A stretch of 64,000 bases of DNA from a virus (Duplodnaviria > Caudoviricetes): the IMG/VR virus record IMGVR_UViG_2519899680_000008, positions 1 through 64,000 of that record. One strand, written 5' to 3'. Under the pieces are notes generated by a model. The model searched no databases. It worked only from the letters and a program-made list of their open reading frames with translations, and had not been told where the DNA came from. The translations under genes and the position numbers were made by a program. Of this stretch, positions 18,508 through 28,100 are shown piece after piece (the stretch's first letter is position 1; the number at the start of each line of letters is the position of its first letter).

Positions 18508-18613
18508 GTCCGTGTTCCGCCTGTTGTACCGGTGCGGCGGGGACGGGAATGCCCCTTGCCGCGATCCTCCTGCGGCTTTCTATGTCGCCGCTGACGTTGA
18601 GTTTCCGTTTCAT
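18395..18613 (-). CDS. Hypothetical protein (72 aa)
   Basis: ATGA overlap with the upstream fibre gene; overlaps the next ORF by 113 nt. Confidence 0.4.
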   Translation of the reverse strand: MKRKLNVSGDIESRRRIAARGIPVPAAPVQQAEHGHGTEEKGTEEADQDGIPSGSAKTRRRKAKGDAETVSL

Positions 18614-21189
18614 ACGAAATAAGTGAAATTGAGTTCTACATTTACATTGTACATGCCCTGCTCGAAGAGCTGTACGTGCCGGGAACCGCCGTAGATGACG
18701 AAGGTGGTCCCCCGGTTGTACTTGTGGTTGCTGTTCCAGTTGGCCGCCGTGCAGCGCACGCTGTATTTCGGGGGCTGGATCTTGTTCGGTATCATGGCCA
18801 CGACACCTCCCTCGTTGCTCCCGTCCCTTTTTGCCGTGTTGACGTACCCCTGTATGGATACGATATTCCCTATCTGGCGCACGAAGAAACCGCTCGTGTC
18901 CGTGCCGAGGCCGCTGTTCGCCATCTGGAGCCATCCCGTGTCCTGCATCAGTGGCTGGTAGTCATCGGCAAAGGCGGCGCCGAGCGTGCGGCATGCCTGC
19001 CTTTTGGATTCCGTTGTCGCAAGGACGAGGTCGGAGAGCTTGCCGTCCTTGCGCAGGTAGTCCTTCACGATTTCTTCCTTGGAGAGCAGGTCCAGCTTGT
19101 CACGAAGGATTTTCTGTGCCTCTTCCGTCGTTTTCCCTTGCCTGGCCAGGTAGGAGATGTAGTCCTGGAACAGGCTTTCCAGCGTGGCAAAACGTCCGTC
19201 CGACTCGCTTCTGGTGTACAGCCCGAGGTTGGTGGCAATGGTGCTCTTTTCCGAAGTACCGTATCCCTCCATCAGCCTTTCGGCCTTCTTTTTCAGTTCC
19301 TTTTCCACCTGGGAGGTCTTCAGGTATCCCTCCACCTGGGCATGGGAGCCGGAGGCGTCGGTATAGGCGAAGCTGCCGTCCTTGATGGCCAGCAGCTTGT
19401 CCCTCATTTCCGGGGTAAATACGATGCCCGTGTAGGCGGAATCCGTCCCCAGCTTGCCCTCCAGCAGCCTGTCCACCTCGGCGATGGAATACACGCTGAT
19501 GTTCTGGCGGGCTTTGGCCTTGTCGGACACGTCGGAAAGGTTGGAGACTTTCGCCAGTTTCAGCTCTCCGGTACCGGCTTTCTCGGCCTTTATCGTGGCG
19601 CGTACAGCCGCTTCCTTTCTTTCCTTGAGGGCGGTTATCTCCTCCACGGGAAGCCCCTCGATTTCTTCCGCCGTCAGTTCCACCAGCTCGCCCAGCCCGG
19701 AGGATATTTTCAGAAAGACCCCGCCGGCTTCCTCCCTGGAATACACGTCCAGGTTGTCCCGTGCAGCACCCTTGTCCATGATGTCCCGTAGGTTTTCATT
19801 GGCGGAGAGTTTCATGCCGAGGGCGGTACGCATGACCGAGGCGGTCACATAGCCGTCTCCCCCGTCTTCCAGGCTGCCCGTCGATATGGCCTCCAGCTTA
19901 CGCTTGAGCTCCGTGGTGAAGTCCTCGGTGGAAAGCCCCTTGCCGTCAGTGGCATCCACCTTCTTTTTCATGGCGGCATTGAAATCGTCTATGGAGACAT
20001 AGATTTCGCCCGACGGTTTCCCGTTTATTTTCAAGGTTCCCTGGATATCCACCGCCCCTTTCGGGACAAGCACGATGTCGCCGAGAAGGTTTTTCAGGGC
20101 AAAGCGGAAGCCGTCGGCCGTATCGAAACCGGCATGTGCCAGCACGGCCCCGTTGCTGTCCTTCCAGGAGAGCAGGCCCACCAGCTTCGGGTTGTCTTTC
20201 GTGTAGGCCGTGTTCCACAGGTCCATGCCCGCGCCCGCGTTGCGGACGGAAAAGGCGGCATTGATGCGGACGAGATTCTCCTTTCCGATGACATGGAGCA
20301 GGGGCAGCGTTCCCTGCTTGCCGTCATACACGGCAAAGTCGCGGAACCTGCTCCCGCCGCCGTCCAGCCCGTAGCGGTTGACCGTTACGGAGCCCTCATC
20401 GCTGGCATCGTCCGCGTTGTACAGGTGGTTTCCATGCAGGATGACGGACCCGGCACGGACGCTCTTTCCGGAGACCGTGTCGCAGGACAGCCCCTGTTCG
20501 GTCATCCTCGCCATCTCCTTTCCCTGCTTCATGAAGCTGACGGAACCGTCGGTATGGAAGACAATCTCGTTGACGAGCAGCCCGTTCAGGTAGGCGCCCA
20601 CCGAGGCGTTCCCGTCCGTCCGTATGATTCCCTTGAGCTGGTAGCCATCCGCACCCGTGACCGATACCGCCGTCCGGGACGATATTTCCTTTTCCCCTGA
20701 AAACGAACCGGTCAGCACCAGGTCCTTCTTTATCGTCTGGCGGGTGAACGGCGTGTCGAGCAGCACGGCATAGCGTCCCATGAACTTGTCGATGAAACGC
20801 GGGGCATAGCCGGCTGTCATCTCGATGAAACGGGGAAGTTGTCCCGTCACGCCGTCTTCGGTGGACGGGACTTCCGCCCCTCCGGCACAAAGGTAGCAGG
20901 TGCGGCCGAGCTTGTCCACGTCCCCCGCGTAGACCACCGACTCGTGCCGGTTGACCTCGTAGATGTAGTAAGGATACACGGCATCCGCACATCCCTCGAA
21001 ATACCGGACCTTTCCACCCAGCCATACATAGCCGGGGGAGATGCGCGGCCCGTCCGGTTCGCAGCCGGAGATGATGAAGTCCGTGCAGCCTTCGAAAACG
21101 GATGACAGGCTGAGGGCCAGCTCCTGAAGGTTCAGTATGTCGTCGCTGTACGTGTAGCGTCCGCCTGTCTCGGCGATGTATTCTTTCAT
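18610..21189 (-). CDS. Tail fibre/baseplate-associated protein (859 aa)
   Basis: Follows baseplate wedge genes; KGLSTEDFT and NLSDV..KAKARQN fibre-type repeats; DTGW...RQIGNIVSIQG C-terminal fibre motif. Confidence 0.7.
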   Translation of the reverse strand: MKEYIAETGGRYTYSDDILNLQELALSLSSVFEGCTDFIISGCEPDGPRISPGYVWLGGKVRYFEGCADAVYPYYIYEVNRHESVVYAGDVDKLGRTCYLCAGGAEVPSTEDGVTGQLPRFIEMTAGYAPRFIDKFMGRYAVLLDTPFTRQTIKKDLVLTGSFSGEKEISSRTAVSVTGADGYQLKGIIRTDGNASVGAYLNGLLVNEIVFHTDGSVSFMKQGKEMARMTEQGLSCDTVSGKSVRAGSVILHGNHLYNADDASDEGSVTVNRYGLDGGGSRFRDFAVYDGKQGTLPLLHVIGKENLVRINAAFSVRNAGAGMDLWNTAYTKDNPKLVGLLSWKDSNGAVLAHAGFDTADGFRFALKNLLGDIVLVPKGAVDIQGTLKINGKPSGEIYVSIDDFNAAMKKKVDATDGKGLSTEDFTTELKRKLEAISTGSLEDGGDGYVTASVMRTALGMKLSANENLRDIMDKGAARDNLDVYSREEAGGVFLKISSGLGELVELTAEEIEGLPVEEITALKERKEAAVRATIKAEKAGTGELKLAKVSNLSDVSDKAKARQNISVYSIAEVDRLLEGKLGTDSAYTGIVFTPEMRDKLLAIKDGSFAYTDASGSHAQVEGYLKTSQVEKELKKKAERLMEGYGTSEKSTIATNLGLYTRSESDGRFATLESLFQDYISYLARQGKTTEEAQKILRDKLDLLSKEEIVKDYLRKDGKLSDLVLATTESKRQACRTLGAAFADDYQPLMQDTGWLQMANSGLGTDTSGFFVRQIGNIVSIQGYVNTAKRDGSNEGGVVAMIPNKIQPPKYSVRCTAANWNSNHKYNRGTTFVIYGGSRHVQLFEQGMYNVNVELNFTYFV

Positions 21190-21752
21190 TGCTTCGTGTT
21201 GGTATTGGGTATGTATTCTTCGCTGTCGACACGGATAAGGTAAGTCTTACCCGCGATCTTGTAGGTATTGACCACGTAGGAGAGCATATAGACGAACTCC
21301 CGCACGTCGATACGCACGGGCGGGACACAGACCATGAAGCTGACCTTGTTCACCATCTTCTCCTCGGAGAGATGGTAGAACGGCCGCGGCTGCTCCTCCT
21401 GGCGGGTGGCGGTGATTTCCTCGCCGTTGTACCATACGGTACACGGGCGGGCGTTCTCGGCTCCTTCGTGATACAGGTCCACGCCGAGGCTCTGGCTGTC
21501 CTTGATGAAGATGCGGTCCCGGCTGTCCCGCAGGTACTGTCCGAACCTGTAGTTCAGATACCACTCGAAATAGATTACCTGCGAGGTCATGCGGGCTTCT
21601 ATGTGTTTCTCCCGGGCAAAGAGGCGGAACTTGTCATTCAGGGACTGCAACGGGTAGAGGCAGCTCTGGATGAACAGGATGAACCCGCGTCCCGACAGGT
21701 AATGCGGCACCAGCCGGTTGACGGCCTTGTCGATGGAGAGCCTATACCTCAT
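21186..21752 (-). CDS. Putative baseplate wedge protein
   Basis: Position after the J-like gene; QVIYFEWYLN and VNTYKIAGKTY. Confidence 0.55.
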   Translation of the reverse strand: MRYRLSIDKAVNRLVPHYLSGRGFILFIQSCLYPLQSLNDKFRLFAREKHIEARMTSQVIYFEWYLNYRFGQYLRDSRDRIFIKDSQSLGVDLYHEGAENARPCTVWYNGEEITATRQEEQPRPFYHLSEEKMVNKVSFMVCVPPVRIDVREFVYMLSYVVNTYKIAGKTYLIRVDSEEYIPNTNTKQ

Positions 21753-22635
21753 GGTTTTCCACTTTTAGGATAATCGCTTCCCTGAAACCGGGCAGGCCGG
21801 CTTCCTCGCCCTCCCCGGAAGACTCCTTCAGGTAACCCGAGACGGTATAGGCCATGCGCCCGATGCGTTTTTCCGGCTGCAGCCTGCCGTCCCCGTCATA
21901 GCATGCCAGGAAAATGCCCTGTCCGGGCACGGCGTCCTCGTCGATATAAACATCCGTCACGTGCTCCGCTCCCCGCAGGGCATCCATGATCCGGGTGACA
22001 TAGACCGCCGCGTCGAAATCGATGTCCATCATATAGTTGTTCAGCCGTTCCTCGATGGCGTCGTACATGGCGGTCTCGGGAACAGCCCCGTCGTAATAGA
22101 CGGTCAGGCGCGGGATAAGCACATCCCCCTTGGCGGAGATGACCTCGAGCCTTGTCCCGGCGAATTTCATCTTGTTTATGTAGGCGTTGATGGGTATGAG
22201 GTCTTCCCGGGAAATGGCCGAGAGGTTTCCTTTCGTACCGGTCGCCACCTTGAGGACGAGCTTGCTGTCCAGGTTCACCTCATCGGTGCTCTCCGTGTAG
22301 GAGACCTGCGTGATGATACGCTTGGCCTCGTCCACGGCGGCGTACCCGAAAGCCAGCCCGTCTTCCCGGACGATGAGCTCATCGCCTTTCTGGTACTGGA
22401 GCAGGGCGTTGGCGTAATAGTCCGGCGTGCCGTTGATACGGTTGTTGATCGCGGCGGATACATCCACGGCAAACACGTCCAGCAGGGTCTCGAAGCTGTG
22501 TATGGCAGCTGCGACGACCCACAGGATGCCGTTCATCACGCTCAGTTTGGAGTCGCTGGCGAACTCCCGGAGCTCCATGCGCCTGTTCCGTTCCGCGACC
22601 GCTTCATTGTATATGTCCTTGATTGTACGGCTCAT
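21742..22635 (-). CDS. Baseplate J-like protein
   Basis: MSRTIKDIY start, KFAGT motif, gene order. Confidence 0.6.
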   Translation of the reverse strand: MSRTIKDIYNEAVAERNRRMELREFASDSKLSVMNGILWVVAAAIHSFETLLDVFAVDVSAAINNRINGTPDYYANALLQYQKGDELIVREDGLAFGYAAVDEAKRIITQVSYTESTDEVNLDSKLVLKVATGTKGNLSAISREDLIPINAYINKMKFAGTRLEVISAKGDVLIPRLTVYYDGAVPETAMYDAIEERLNNYMMDIDFDAAVYVTRIMDALRGAEHVTDVYIDEDAVPGQGIFLACYDGDGRLQPEKRIGRMAYTVSGYLKESSGEGEEAGLPGFREAIILKVENHEV

Positions 22636-23564
22636 TCCTCTACGGTATAGGTTTTATCTTCGATGATGAATTTCCACGCCCCGCCTTCGTTCCAGGCGGG
22701 CTCATGCAGGATAACCCAGACAGCCTCCATGCCGCAGACAATCCGGTATCTCCCATTCCCGTCCCGCTCCGGTTCACGGTATTCCCCCGTGGGCATGACG
22801 GGCAGGCGGACCTCGCAGCTGCGCCGGCTCCCGTATTTCTCCACGAGGAGTTTCAGGTAGAGGTCTTCCTGTTCCGGCTTGACGGATGCCCCGGACAAGT
22901 CCAGCAGCATCAGTGCGGGCAGCGATGCGAGCGGTACAAGGCTGCCCACGGCAGAGCCTTGCAGGTCGATACGGTATACGCCTTCCAGCAGGGGGAATGC
23001 CTCTATGCCGGACATGCACCCCCGCAATGTCAGTTCCTCGACAGGCAGAGGCCTGTACAGGAAAACCCGTTCCGGTTTCAGGCCGCTCCAGTCCGCTATC
23101 CGGAAAGAGGCATCGGAAAACCAGCGTATTCCCCGTACCCCCCTGATGTCGTTGTCGAAGAGGTGGCTGTATCTTTTTCCTGTCCCTGTCAGGAGAATCG
23201 TCTCCACCGGCGAGTTGTCTCCCCAGTCCACCTCCAGCGTACCGGTACCCGAGACGCTGAACGCCGCGGACGCTGCCTTCCCGGGGAGCTGGAAACGGGC
23301 GGCAAGGGGGAACGAGAAATATTTGGGATATACATTCCTTTCCCCGCCTGCCGGTACGATGTTATGCCGGGTGTTGTAGGCCAAGACATCGGCATTGATG
23401 ACGAAACCGTCCGTGTAGGCAAGCTCGTCTCCGGGTTGCAGGTCGTCATCTATGGAAAGCGAGGTATTGTTCATCAGCAAATCGACGATTCCTTCCACCG
23501 ACCCGTACAGGTGCAGGGCCACGTCGTATATGTTCTGCCCGGCTATGACTTTGTATCTACCCAT
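22632..23564 (-). CDS. LysM/gpX-like baseplate protein with extra C-terminal domain
   Basis: YKVIAGQNIYDVALHLYGSVEG..LLMNN LysM-like N-terminus; LRR-like segment. Confidence 0.55.
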   Translation of the reverse strand: MGRYKVIAGQNIYDVALHLYGSVEGIVDLLMNNTSLSIDDDLQPGDELAYTDGFVINADVLAYNTRHNIVPAGGERNVYPKYFSFPLAARFQLPGKAASAAFSVSGTGTLEVDWGDNSPVETILLTGTGKRYSHLFDNDIRGVRGIRWFSDASFRIADWSGLKPERVFLYRPLPVEELTLRGCMSGIEAFPLLEGVYRIDLQGSAVGSLVPLASLPALMLLDLSGASVKPEQEDLYLKLLVEKYGSRRSCEVRLPVMPTGEYREPERDGNGRYRIVCGMEAVWVILHEPAWNEGGAWKFIIEDKTYTVEE

Positions 23565-24255
23565 TCGTGGCCTCCTTTTCTTCTACCTCCAAAAGCAGTT
23601 CCCCCGTCGATGAATCCATGTAGGCGTTCTTCACGATCATACCGTCCGCCAAGAATTCCGACTGGAGACGGGCGGCAAGGCCGTTGTTCTCCAGGTTGGA
23701 ATGGAGAAAGTCGATCAGCCCCACGCCGGTGGTGGGATGCTGGTAAAGGTTGCCCGGTGCGGCTTTCAGGAGAAACACCTCGTTCTGGCTTTTGGATACG
23801 CCTATTCTAAGGTCCGTTTCGTCGGCGCTGTAAACCGACAGTATCCCGTCTTCCGGCACGAGGCGGAAGTTGCCCTTCACGTTGAGTGCAAGGAATTCGG
23901 ACAGGCGGATATCCGCTCTCCCCGAGTCCTTCCCGGCACGCACCGGAAACCATATCCCGTTGTCCTTGCGGTTGACTGTATACTCCTTGTTCCCGTTGCC
24001 CGTGTCCATGAGGAAACGGACGGACAGGGACTTGTACACGGGAGTATAGGGAATGGATACGTGGATGCCGGCGTTCCCGTCGAGTTTCTGCCCGAACCCT
24101 TCCGGTACGGAAATCTCCGCGTATAGGAAACGGTCATTGTCCATCCCTTCCATGTCCCCGAGGAAACGGAAGGCATAGAACGGCTTGGAGGCGAGGTTGT
24201 CCGTCGTCTCCATTTCCCCGTAGCGGGCATCCATCAGTATATCTTGTCTTCCCAT
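23557..24255 (-). CDS. Putative baseplate gp25/gp46-like protein
   Basis: LLKAAPGNLYQHPTTGVGL motif; position. Confidence 0.5.
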   Translation of the reverse strand: MGRQDILMDARYGEMETTDNLASKPFYAFRFLGDMEGMDNDRFLYAEISVPEGFGQKLDGNAGIHVSIPYTPVYKSLSVRFLMDTGNGNKEYTVNRKDNGIWFPVRAGKDSGRADIRLSEFLALNVKGNFRLVPEDGILSVYSADETDLRIGVSKSQNEVFLLKAAPGNLYQHPTTGVGLIDFLHSNLENNGLAARLQSEFLADGMIVKNAYMDSSTGELLLEVEEKEATNG

Positions 24256-24276
24256 ATAGTTTGCAGTATCCGTTAT

Positions 24277-24306
24277 AAGAGTAGCCGGATTTTCCTGTCC
24301 GGGTTT
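24277..24306 (-). promoter_or_regulatory. Putative phage-sigma promoter (AAACC-N17-CTACTCTT)
   Basis: Bipartite motif copy. Confidence 0.7.
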
Positions 24307-24376
24307 ATGGTAAGGACAACGGACAAACCAGGCAGGGACTTTCCGCGTGATTTGTCCGTTGGTAACCCGTATTGAT

Positions 24377-24416
24377 AAAAAAGGAATGCCCGGTTATCAA
24401 ACCGATGGGCATTCCT
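24377..24416 (-). terminator. Rho-independent terminator
   Basis: AGGAATGCCC/GGGCATTCCT stem followed by a U-tract on the minus strand. Confidence 0.75.
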
Positions 24417-24427
24417 CATTGTCAGAC

Positions 24428-24754
24428 CTACATCTCCTCGTTCAGGGCATCGTAAATCTTCGAAACCGTTCCCCACATGTCGTCCGGCAGTTCCTCGTCG
24501 GAGATTTTCTCGCATGCCTGCTGCAGGTATCTCATTTCCTCTTCGGAAAAAACGACCTGGAGCGGTTCCTCTTTCTCGACATCCCATTCGATACGCTGCG
24601 TATCCGCGTTCTCGTGCAGGTTGATCCGCTCCCTTTCCCCATCCGGGACGGCTATCTTGCGCAGGATTTCCTTTTTAAGGTTGAACTGGCTGAAATTACC
24701 CTTCTGGGGAAGGAACGACGGCAAGTAAAGGCGGTCTTTGATACTGAGTTCCAT
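24428..24754 (-). CDS. Hypothetical protein (108 aa), possible fibre chaperone
   Basis: Small acidic ORF downstream of the fibre gene. Confidence 0.6.
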   Translation of the reverse strand: MELSIKDRLYLPSFLPQKGNFSQFNLKKEILRKIAVPDGERERINLHENADTQRIEWDVEKEEPLQVVFSEEEMRYLQQACEKISDEELPDDMWGTVSKIYDALNEEM

Positions 24755-24775
24755 ATTCTTTATTTGATTGGTTGG

Positions 24776-25093
24776 TTATTCTGCTTCCGGGACGGGTTTG
24801 AGCGTGGCTTCCGCTATCTCACGATCCAGGCTGCCGAGGATATCCCTGACAATCCCGAGGAAGTCGGAGAGGTAAAGGGCGATTTTCTCGGAGAACGGCA
24901 TGCTCAGGGACACGCTGCCACGGTCATAGTAAATATCCCCGGCAATGGCTTCCGTGCTGTCACCTCCCGGAAGACAGACCGTAGCCTGCACCCGTTCCAG
25001 CTCGGCGTTCGTGATATTGTATTCAATGCGGTAGAAAGCGTTTTCCGTGCTGGTTTCCGCAATCTTGGTCAGGATCGTGTTGGTTACTTTCAT
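24776..25093 (-). CDS. Hypothetical protein (105 aa)
   Basis: ATG ORF with its own phage promoter motif. Confidence 0.65.
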   Translation of the reverse strand: MKVTNTILTKIAETSTENAFYRIEYNITNAELERVQATVCLPGGDSTEAIAGDIYYDRGSVSLSMPFSEKIALYLSDFLGIVRDILGSLDREIAEATLKPVPEAE

Positions 25094-25112
25094 GCTTTTT
25101 CCGTTTTATTAC

Positions 25113-25142
25113 AAGTATAGGCCGTCGAGGCGTGAATGGTTG
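25113..25142 (-). promoter_or_regulatory. Putative phage-sigma promoter (CAACC-N17-CTATACTT)
   Basis: Bipartite motif copy. Confidence 0.65.
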
Positions 25143-25171
25143 GCATTCCTTAAAAAAAACGGTTTCACACG

Positions 25172-28100
25172 TCAGGACGAATAGTTCAGGACCTGGTAGT
25201 GGAAACTCGGGTAATTGGTACAGAGCAGGGTCAGTGAGTCCCCCGATGCCATCCCGTATGACGCGGTGCTTCCGTTATGGTTGCGGACATTCTGGATGTA
25301 AATGGTATTCCCGTACCCGGAGCGGTACACCAAGGTGAACACGTAGGCGAAATCCGAAGGCAGGGAGGAATAGCCGAACATCGATGCTACCGACGAGGCG
25401 GTAGGCAGGTTGATATTGTATTTCTGGTTGGCATAGACCATGAAGATATTGGCCTGGGAGAAATCGATCGAATACCCGCTGCCCGAGAAATAGACGGTCT
25501 TCAGCTTGCAGCCGATGCAGGCACTGGCGACAACCGCTGCGTTCGACCAGATGCCGAAGTTCCTGTGGCCGTTGCGGACATCGATGTATATGCCGTAATT
25601 GTTCATGTACGAATTGCTTGCCGTGTTCACCACACGCCCGGCAGACCTCGTGCCTCCCGATGACGCTGGAAACGTATTCGCACCCCAAAGCACGTATGAA
25701 CTGGTATTGCCTACCCGGAAAAGGTCGTTGTAGATGGCAAGGCCGCCTCCCGACCCGCTGCCTGTAGCCGTGGAGCCGATACGCCCCTGGCCGATGCTGA
25801 AGCCTCCTATGGTTCCGGCATTGGCGTTGATTGTCCCGGTCATGGTCACGTTGCCGTTCACGTCCCACTTGATATTTTGGTTGGCGACATATCCCGAGCC
25901 GTCGGCGGCGAAACTGATCTTGCCTGTCCCGAAGGTAGTGGAACCGTCAGCGTTCAAGGCCCAGTACTTCTTTCCTGTGGAAGGGTTGTCATGGTACAGG
26001 TAGCCGTTATTAACCAGCACGATACGGTGTCCGGAGGAGGGGGCGGAAGCCATGATGGAACTCGTCCCGATTATCCAGCCCCCGATCTTGCCCGCCACGG
26101 CATTAATACCGTTACGGTCAAGGGTGACTTTCACGTTGTTGCCGGCATCCCTGACCGAGATACTGCCGTTGTAGGTGCTTCCACCCACGACCAGGGCGCT
26201 GTCCACGATAACCTGCCCGGCCTTGACGGTTCCCGTATAAATGCCGTTGGCATCGATGGTGGTCGTGTATTTCTCCGTCGAGGTCAGGTCGAATACGGTC
26301 GCGTAGGCCACGTACCACACGACAGGGTTGCTGCTTGTCCCTTGCGCCCCGTCCACGTAAAAGTAATGGGTAGTTGAGAAATTGGCTGTCCCGCAGCTTA
26401 CCTTGTACACGTATTCCTTCCAGTCTCCCGTCCCTTCATTGGTGGTCAGCCACCGGTGGCTTCCCCCGGTGCCGATGCTGTTGGTCGCCCAAAGCAGCTT
26501 GCGCCCCGCGGGTATCTTGGCAATGATACGGGCAACCAGCACCTTCCGCCTCTGGCACTGCGTACGGAAGCAGAAGCCTCCATTTCCGGGAGTTGCCGTT
26601 CCCGTGGTTTGGATTTTCAGCACGTACTTGCTGTCATTGGGGGCCGTCGAGTCCGAAACGCGGGTTAGCGTGACCATGCCGTTGCCGGAGTTATTGTACA
26701 CTCCCGCCGAATTCTTCCCGTTATAGAATGTAGGGTCGCGGTACAGCATCTTGCCGAAGGCCATCGCCGCGGCCAGTTCCTGGGCGGTATTGATTCCCGT
26801 CGTCCAGTTGACGGAAACACCGGATGAGAAAGTCAATGTCCCGGCGGAGTTCCAGGAGATACCGCCGCTGGCAATCTGCCCGCTACCGTCATTGTTCAGC
26901 TTCCACTTCGTACCATTAGTGATGGAGCCGTCCGAGCTGAGGGAGACGCTGTTCTTCCAGATATGGTTGTGGTCGAATGCCCAACCCGCTATGCGGTTAT
27001 AGACCTCCTTGCTGCCGGAACGGGTGTAGTTCGCCGAAAGGCAGAAATATTCCAGGTGATCCCAGGACATCATCTGTATCCCGATGAAGCCGCTTTTGAC
27101 GGTCGAGCCGGATGCCGCCACCTGCCCGATTACGAGGTGACCGGCATTGGAGTTCTGACGCCAGGTCATGCAGATACCGTAAGGCTTGTAGGCTCCCGTA
27201 TAATAGTATCCGCTCCCGCTTGAGGCGGAACGTATCTGTATGGGGCGGCCACCGCTTGCACCGATACTGCCGCCTGCCGTCATGGTGTCGGCACCGATGC
27301 TCCAGCCGCCGATTTTCCCCTTGGTAAACGTCAGTGAAAGACCGTTGATATAACTGGTATTGATGATGTCCGACTTGATGCTCGCCGCGTCCAGCTTGGA
27401 GGAATTGATGCTTCCCGAGGCGATGCGGTCAGCCGAGAGCGTGCCCGACTTGATGCTGGAAGCGCTGATATCGACGGCATTGACCTGGCTGGCGGTCAGC
27501 GTGCCCGTATAGATACCCGTACTGCCGATATAGGTCAGGGGATGTTCCTTCAAGGTCGTATCGTTTCCCTGTGCCAGCACGATAAAGCGGTGGCGGCGGA
27601 TTTCTTCTTCCACCGTGTCCGTTAAAGTACGCGGTGCCGGTGCGTAGGCTTTCGTACTGCCGCTTTGGAATATCAGGTCGGAGTTGTAGGCTATCTGCGG
27701 CGCCGCCGGTATGGGCGACGGGCTCATGGAGGAACTTTCTATCGGCTGGTCCGAATAGAGATGATACACGGCTCCCGTAGTGCCCCCGCCCCGGAGGAAC
27801 ACGGCGAACATACAGTTGTTTCCGCAATGGGCGGCTCCGGCAAACATGCGGCTGTACCGCTCGGACAACTCGTAGATGTCCCAGGAATAGGCAGCTCCGC
27901 CCCAGCCGCCGAAGTTCGTCTTGAGCAGCAGGATCAGCCCGCCCTTGTGGGTCGTGCTCTTGTAGTCCCAGTCCGACGGGGCCTGTTCGCTGTATGCCCG
28001 GCGTACCAGGATATCGCGCTTTACGGTCTGGTCGCCTCCCTTGAACACGACCGGGTAATACTTGCCGGATTCCCCGTTGATGATGATTTTCTTGTAGTAC

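Noticed and set aside
18395-18613. Frameshift fusion of the 72-aa and 162-aa ORFs
   Set aside because: Would need a +1 shift with no evident signal; both ORFs have ATG starts.
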